Position numbers and translations under genes: made by a program
Part shown: one piece after another, positions 59,348 to 64,000 of the stretch
How the letters are laid out: each line of letters opens with the position of its first letter
How positions within the stretch are numbered: position 1 is the stretch's first letter
Notes under the pieces: generated by a model
Seen by the model: the letters and a program-made list of their open reading frames with translations, nothing else
Databases searched by the model: none
What the model was told of the DNA's origin: nothing
Sequence record: LR756501.1
DNA: 64,000 bases
Direction: 5' to 3' (one strand)

Positions 59348-59387
59348 AGCAAAGATATATATAAAAATTCAAAAGTAAAAATAAATT

Positions 59388-62300
59388 TTAGTATTTTATT
59401 ATATAAAATCTTCCATCTGCTATTATATAATATCCATAATTATCAGTTACATAATTATAGTGAACACCCGAGAAATTGTTGTTAATCAATATGAAATTCC
59501 TACCTTCATTATAATTAAACAATTTGTTATTCGTATAACCTAAACCAAACTCGTTAAATGATTGTGTTTCAATATACATATAAGGATCTATATTCATATC
59601 TACGTTAAAACTATAAGATAACATATCAGTTTTATATAAATCAATATATTGTACTGGTTCCAACTCTTGTGTGGATTCATTCAAATGGAAAGTCTTAATC
59701 TTAGCCGTCCATGAATCTGGCATCGTTGCACCACTAGTTAAATAGAAATTAATAGTAAATAAATAATTACTATCTATATTCAACGTTTGTATGTAATCAA
59801 AATTAATAACAGTATTTTGTTGATTAACAACAGTTTTCTTAGCGTAATTGGCTGCGTCATAATTAACGTACATTGAAGTGCCGGCGTAAGCTAAACCTGT
59901 TATATCTAAAATATTAGCGGATAACGGTATAATGTGTTTTCTTAACCAATATACCATTTTAGTTAATTTAATTTGAACTTCAGATAAAGAATACATATCA
60001 ATATAATTTCCATCAAAATCAGTAATCTTGTAAGTTAAGTTAAACAAATTAGTCTTTAGATAATTGATATTATCAAACTCTGGTTCACTCCATCCAGGTA
60101 TTTCATTTATGAATATGTCTTGTATAAGCACTCTTTGTAATTTACCGTATAGTGGTGAAGCTGGTTTTATACATCTATAATATTCATATAAATCTAAATC
60201 GTTATAACCAAAGAAATTAATAGAATTAATAAGAGCTTTATAAGATCCAATAAAATTATAAATTTCTGGGTATATTGATAATAATTCTTTTCTCTTTCTA
60301 TTTAATATTGTATAATCTATACCTACCTCATTAATATCTGATTCTTTGAATATAGGTTGAACATCTGTATCAAGATTAGCTCCAAGAAGTTTTAAATGTT
60401 GTACAAATCTATCGTCCTCTATTTCAGTTTGTCCGTATAAATTAATAGTTGCAATTCTATCTGGTTCGGTTTGTATAGTGAAATCATATGTTTTACCACT
60501 AGCCGAACTATCGAATGGTAATAATATATCAGATACAGTTATTCTATTATTAGTAACATCAGTAACAACATAAGTTCCGTAATTACCAAATATAGTATGA
60601 CCAGTAACAGTGTTTTCTGAGAAATTAAGAGATATGTGTTGATGTGTTGCAAATCCTAAATTAGAAAAATTAAAATAAGTATCAGAAGTAATATAGTCAA
60701 TATAAGATATAACCCCTGGTGTATCACCAGTAGTTATAAGGAAATTGTTTATAAGAGTTGTAGTACCAGTAACGTTACTTGTCGTGCCTGAGAATACAAT
60801 ATTCTCAATCTTTTCCAGTATTAAATTATTCTGAGTCACACCTTCTAGTTTTGAGTTAAAACCAATGAATACTTGTAATGGCACTGGAACGTAGTTATAA
60901 TTAACAGATGAATTAAGACGCTCAAGTGTATAAGTTAAACTATCAAATACAGTTTGTTGAAACTCTGGATCAGTAACCCTATCTATATTAGTATTTGGAT
61001 CAGTGTTTAAGAAAACAAGATTATTTGTCGTACTGTTCCATAATGGTTTTTGTCCTTGATATGTTAACTCTCCATTTGGTTGTAATTGTTTGCCAGAGTA
61101 ATCGTAATAGAATATATCAGGTGATATTTGAGGAGTATTACCTTCAATCGGATCCCAAGAAAATTTATAATAAACATCTCTATCGTAATAACCACGTGGA
61201 GATCTTAAGAAACTACTTATAGATACAGTTAAATTACTCGCGTACTCGTAAAAGAAAGGCCCTTGATAAGATAATTGAACTATATCAGGAGTTATTCTCA
61301 ATATGTTAAATTGTTTATTATTCAACGTGTGAGTACATCCACATATATCAATAATCATACCCGTAGCCAACTCGTAATTGTAAAGACTATTATTCGTGTT
61401 AACAAGATATAATTCACTACTGTCTATCACAATAGAATGATTGTTGACTCTCTGTATAAAAGCAAAATGTGAATAAGAATTAACTTTAACCTCAACATCG
61501 TAAAGAGTTATATTTGGCTGTTGACCTTCTATAAACATAGTATATCCAGTATGACCATTATAAGTATAACCACTATACACACTAATTCCTTTATTATCAA
61601 GTATTTGATAATAAGTATTAATAAAATTATTTATAGTTTCTATTGAGTAGTTTGTAGTATTACCGCTAAGAGCGATATAATAGTCGATGCCGTTAAGATT
61701 TATATTGAATCCGTAACCACTTGAGTCTCTTTGTATATCGAAATATATTTCTGTTAAGAAATTTTTAGCGAGTTTAGCGTCGTCGTAATGAAAGACTTTC
61801 TCGTAGGCTTTAAATTTCTCGTACATACTGAAATAGAACACATCAGAATCTTGAACAGTTGAAGCTGTTGTTAAATAAGTAAATCCTGTAGCAATAGGTA
61901 GGTATGTTGATCCTATATTAGCTGTAGCTCCACTATAATATGGTTGATAATTATAATCAAGACCGTCAAAAACTAAATAGTTATCACTACCGTAATGATA
62001 ATGATAAAGATTTAATCCGTACCTATCCAATAGAGTTCTATATTTATTTCTCATTGAGGATATAGTGTTCTCGTAGAAATAAGTAGATGTGCCTGATGGC
62101 ACAATATCTTGTGTTAATGTAATAAGGTTACTTGTTGAATAACAGACGGTATATCCACTAAATGTTGTTGGTGGAAGTACTGCTGATTGTTGGCAATATA
62201 ATTTCCTTACTTTCTTTTGATTAATAACTTTATTAATAGTATATGTATAACCAGTTTCGGGAATAATATATTCTCTTACTTGTATTTTATTATCTGTAAC

Positions 62301-63440
62301 ATTTAAAATTTGAAATTGACGTTTATCGTGTAGAGTACCACCTGTAATATAAGGTGTTGCAAGCACTTCAATATAATCGTTATAAGTTAATCCTGTATAT
62401 GTTATAGCAGAATACGTTTGTATTGTATTTATATTTTGATTTAAATAAAAACTAACAGTATCAGTTGTAACTAATTCTCTATCAATAAATCCTGTAATAG
62501 TGAAAGTTGGATCGTTAGCGTCGATTGGGCTACCGTCTGCTTTTTCAAATATAATAGTTTGGCCTGTTGTTGTGAAATCAATATTAGTATTAATGTAATT
62601 ATAAAATTCAATTACTGTGCCTGTTGGTGTATAATCTGTATATGTTATTTTAATGTCGCCTTCGTATAATTCTGGTCTCTGAGTCATTAAAAGGAAATCC
62701 AATTCTATTGTTGAACCTGTTGTATAAGTTGGATTTTGAGGTAATGTGAAATCGTAAACTTTTGTTTTCAATATATTATAATCATCGTATGTATAGACCC
62801 CGTCGTTATACGAGCTACCAGCAACACTAACTTTTTTACCATTATAATAGTTTAAGTTATTCATATCCACTAAACCTTGATGTCCGTAGTCTGGTGATTT
62901 AAAAACATTCACAGAAGAAACCGTGCCACCAGAGAACACAAAATTAAAATCTCTATTATTGGTATAAGTAGTTATAAGGAAAGCACCTTTTTTAGTACCA
63001 AGGACGTTGTAATATGTTGTACCGCTTCCGTGAAAATTATTAAGATTTATATTTGTGGAACCTGTAATATCGTTAAAACAAACTGAAGTACCAACTGGGA
63101 ATTTTCTATCGAAATTATCGCCATATACCCATTTAGAATAAAAAAGTGGACTACTATTTACTTTCTGTATATTTGTAATTGTCTGACCTGTATATGTTGA
63201 AGGTACAAATGTTATACCACTATAATTGAATAGTTGAGATGCTCTAAGATCGAATATATCTGTAAAGCTGTAGGCTGGTACGTTTTCGAACACGTAGAGA
63301 CATACTGTACGGAATGTATCGCTAGAGTTTTCGTCGAAATAAAGTTTTCCTCCCCATTCGTCGTTTGTAGCGTTATATGTTAAATTATATGGATAACCTT
63401 CTTTATCGAAAAAAAGCAATTTGTTAGTTGGTGTGCTCAA
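59388..63440 (-). CDS. Large virion structural protein, probably baseplate/tail (1350 aa)
   Basis: LLFFDKEGYPYN start; FIGSYKALINSINFFGY (baseplate-wedge-like segment); T/G-rich. Confidence 0.6.
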   Translation of the reverse strand: MSTPTNKLLFFDKEGYPYNLTYNATNDEWGGKLYFDENSSDTFRTVCLYVFENVPAYSFTDIFDLRASQLFNYSGITFVPSTYTGQTITNIQKVNSSPLFYSKWVYGDNFDRKFPVGTSVCFNDITGSTNINLNNFHGSGTTYYNVLGTKKGAFLITTYTNNRDFNFVFSGGTVSSVNVFKSPDYGHQGLVDMNNLNYYNGKKVSVAGSSYNDGVYTYDDYNILKTKVYDFTLPQNPTYTTGSTIELDFLLMTQRPELYEGDIKITYTDYTPTGTVIEFYNYINTNIDFTTTGQTIIFEKADGSPIDANDPTFTITGFIDRELVTTDTVSFYLNQNINTIQTYSAITYTGLTYNDYIEVLATPYITGGTLHDKRQFQILNVTDNKIQVREYIIPETGYTYTINKVINQKKVRKLYCQQSAVLPPTTFSGYTVCYSTSNLITLTQDIVPSGTSTYFYENTISSMRNKYRTLLDRYGLNLYHYHYGSDNYLVFDGLDYNYQPYYSGATANIGSTYLPIATGFTYLTTASTVQDSDVFYFSMYEKFKAYEKVFHYDDAKLAKNFLTEIYFDIQRDSSGYGFNINLNGIDYYIALSGNTTNYSIETINNFINTYYQILDNKGISVYSGYTYNGHTGYTMFIEGQQPNITLYDVEVKVNSYSHFAFIQRVNNHSIVIDSSELYLVNTNNSLYNYELATGMIIDICGCTHTLNNKQFNILRITPDIVQLSYQGPFFYEYASNLTVSISSFLRSPRGYYDRDVYYKFSWDPIEGNTPQISPDIFYYDYSGKQLQPNGELTYQGQKPLWNSTTNNLVFLNTDPNTNIDRVTDPEFQQTVFDSLTYTLERLNSSVNYNYVPVPLQVFIGFNSKLEGVTQNNLILEKIENIVFSGTTSNVTGTTTLINNFLITTGDTPGVISYIDYITSDTYFNFSNLGFATHQHISLNFSENTVTGHTIFGNYGTYVVTDVTNNRITVSDILLPFDSSASGKTYDFTIQTEPDRIATINLYGQTEIEDDRFVQHLKLLGANLDTDVQPIFKESDINEVGIDYTILNRKRKELLSIYPEIYNFIGSYKALINSINFFGYNDLDLYEYYRCIKPASPLYGKLQRVLIQDIFINEIPGWSEPEFDNINYLKTNLFNLTYKITDFDGNYIDMYSLSEVQIKLTKMVYWLRKHIIPLSANILDITGLAYAGTSMYVNYDAANYAKKTVVNQQNTVINFDYIQTLNIDSNYLFTINFYLTSGATMPDSWTAKIKTFHLNESTQELEPVQYIDLYKTDMLSYSFNVDMNIDPYMYIETQSFNEFGLGYTNNKLFNYNEGRNFILINNNFSGVHYNYVTDNYGYYIIADGRFYIIKY

Positions 63441-63486
63441 TTCTTATTTCTTTTTATTTTTATATATTAAATAAGCGGCGTTCAAG

Positions 63487-63999
63487 TTATATTATTTGAG
63501 TACACGACTTCAATAAACCGTAAACGTAAACAAATTCCCATGTTCCATCAGCCAGATCCACAGCGATACTTGGTGAAATTAAAGCGTTCATTATAAATGT
63601 ACCTGTCCAACCATATGTGCCTTCACCGCTACTACCACTTGTTCCAGTTCCACCGCCACTTGTACCGCTAGCTATACTCATACCACTTGTTCCATCTGGT
63701 CCTGTGTAACCACAATTACCTGATGTTCCAGATGTTCCTGGCATGCCTCTAACACCGCTTGATCCCGTTGTACCACTTGTACCACTAGTGCCAGCTGTTC
63801 CACTAAAAACACCGCTGGTTCCAGATTCACCTGTTATTCCTGATGTTCCTTTAGTTCCAGATATACCTGATGTTCCAACCTTTCCACTAGTACCACTACT
63901 ACCTGATCTATTACTTGTTCCGTCTTTTCCACTACTACCACTATTACTTGATGGTGATACTCCACTCGAACCACTTAATCCTCCTGTTCCAGATGATCC
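63487..63999 (-). CDS. Collagen-like Gly-Ser/Thr repeat protein, C-terminal part (open to window end)
   Basis: Frame is open upstream of the ORF-track start: GSSGTGGLSGSSG...GTSGISGTKGTSG... Confidence 0.8.
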   Translation of the reverse strand, partial: GSSGTGGLSGSSGVSPSSNSGSSGKDGTSNRSGSSGTSGKVGTSGISGTKGTSGITGESGTSGVFSGTAGTSGTSGTTGSSGVRGMPGTSGTSGNCGYTGPDGTSGMSIASGTSGGGTGTSGSSGEGTYGWTGTFIMNALISPSIAVDLADGTWEFVYVYGLLKSCTQII

Positions 64000-64000
64000 A

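Noticed and set aside
1-64000. Stop-codon reassignment (TAG or TGA recoding), common in some large Bacteroidota phages
   Set aside because: Long conserved genes (ligases, primase, 1350-aa structural protein) are uninterrupted in code 11. TAG and TGA end genes at sensible places (e.g. 2161, 415), and there is no complete suppressor tRNA.
1-64000. Bacterial chromosome or prophage interpretation (leuS, trpS, smpB, coaBC, hldE present)
   Set aside because: These genes are scattered among phage primase, gp15-like, baseplate-like, Rnl1 and homing endonuclease genes without host operon context; several are truncated or degenerate.

Overview
AT-rich, densely coding segment of a very large tailed (jumbo/huge) phage, most likely infecting Bacteroidota. 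The host call rests on repeated TAnnTTTG -7 promoter elements and Bacteroidota-like tRNA bodies. Contents: (i) translation toolkit: LeuRS (5' part), a short TrpRS, SmpB, an S4-like protein, and three tRNA/tRNA-like arrays interrupted by free-standing endonuclease genes; (ii) metabolic and repair genes: CoaB, a CoaC-M23 fusion, HldE-type kinase, GT4, CYTH, MazG-like, HD hydrolases, RNA ligase, DNA ligase, three DNA methyltransferases; (iii) primase, Hsp20, a gp15-like tail completion protein and large structural proteins; (iv) many small accessory proteins carrying shared terminal peptide tags. Main discovery: both large tRNA operons are headed by an unannotated leader-peptide transcription attenuator, with the order shared 16-nt promoter motif, leader ORF, antiterminator, terminator, boxA-like site. 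The control codons match the tRNAs downstream. Leader 1 uses all six Leu codons ahead of an all-Leu tRNA cluster plus LeuRS. Leader 2 has 14 consecutive Ser/Lys/His/Phe/Trp codons ahead of Ser/Lys/His/Phe/Trp tRNAs plus TrpRS. Also notable: three anticodon-less tRNA-Glu mimics, short-variable-arm tRNA-Leu genes, interrupted tRNA-Arg and tRNA-Lys genes, 8/4-fold tRNA-Ser genes, and a C-terminal tag shared by 15 small proteins. All calls are by eye from sequence motifs; no database searches were run.
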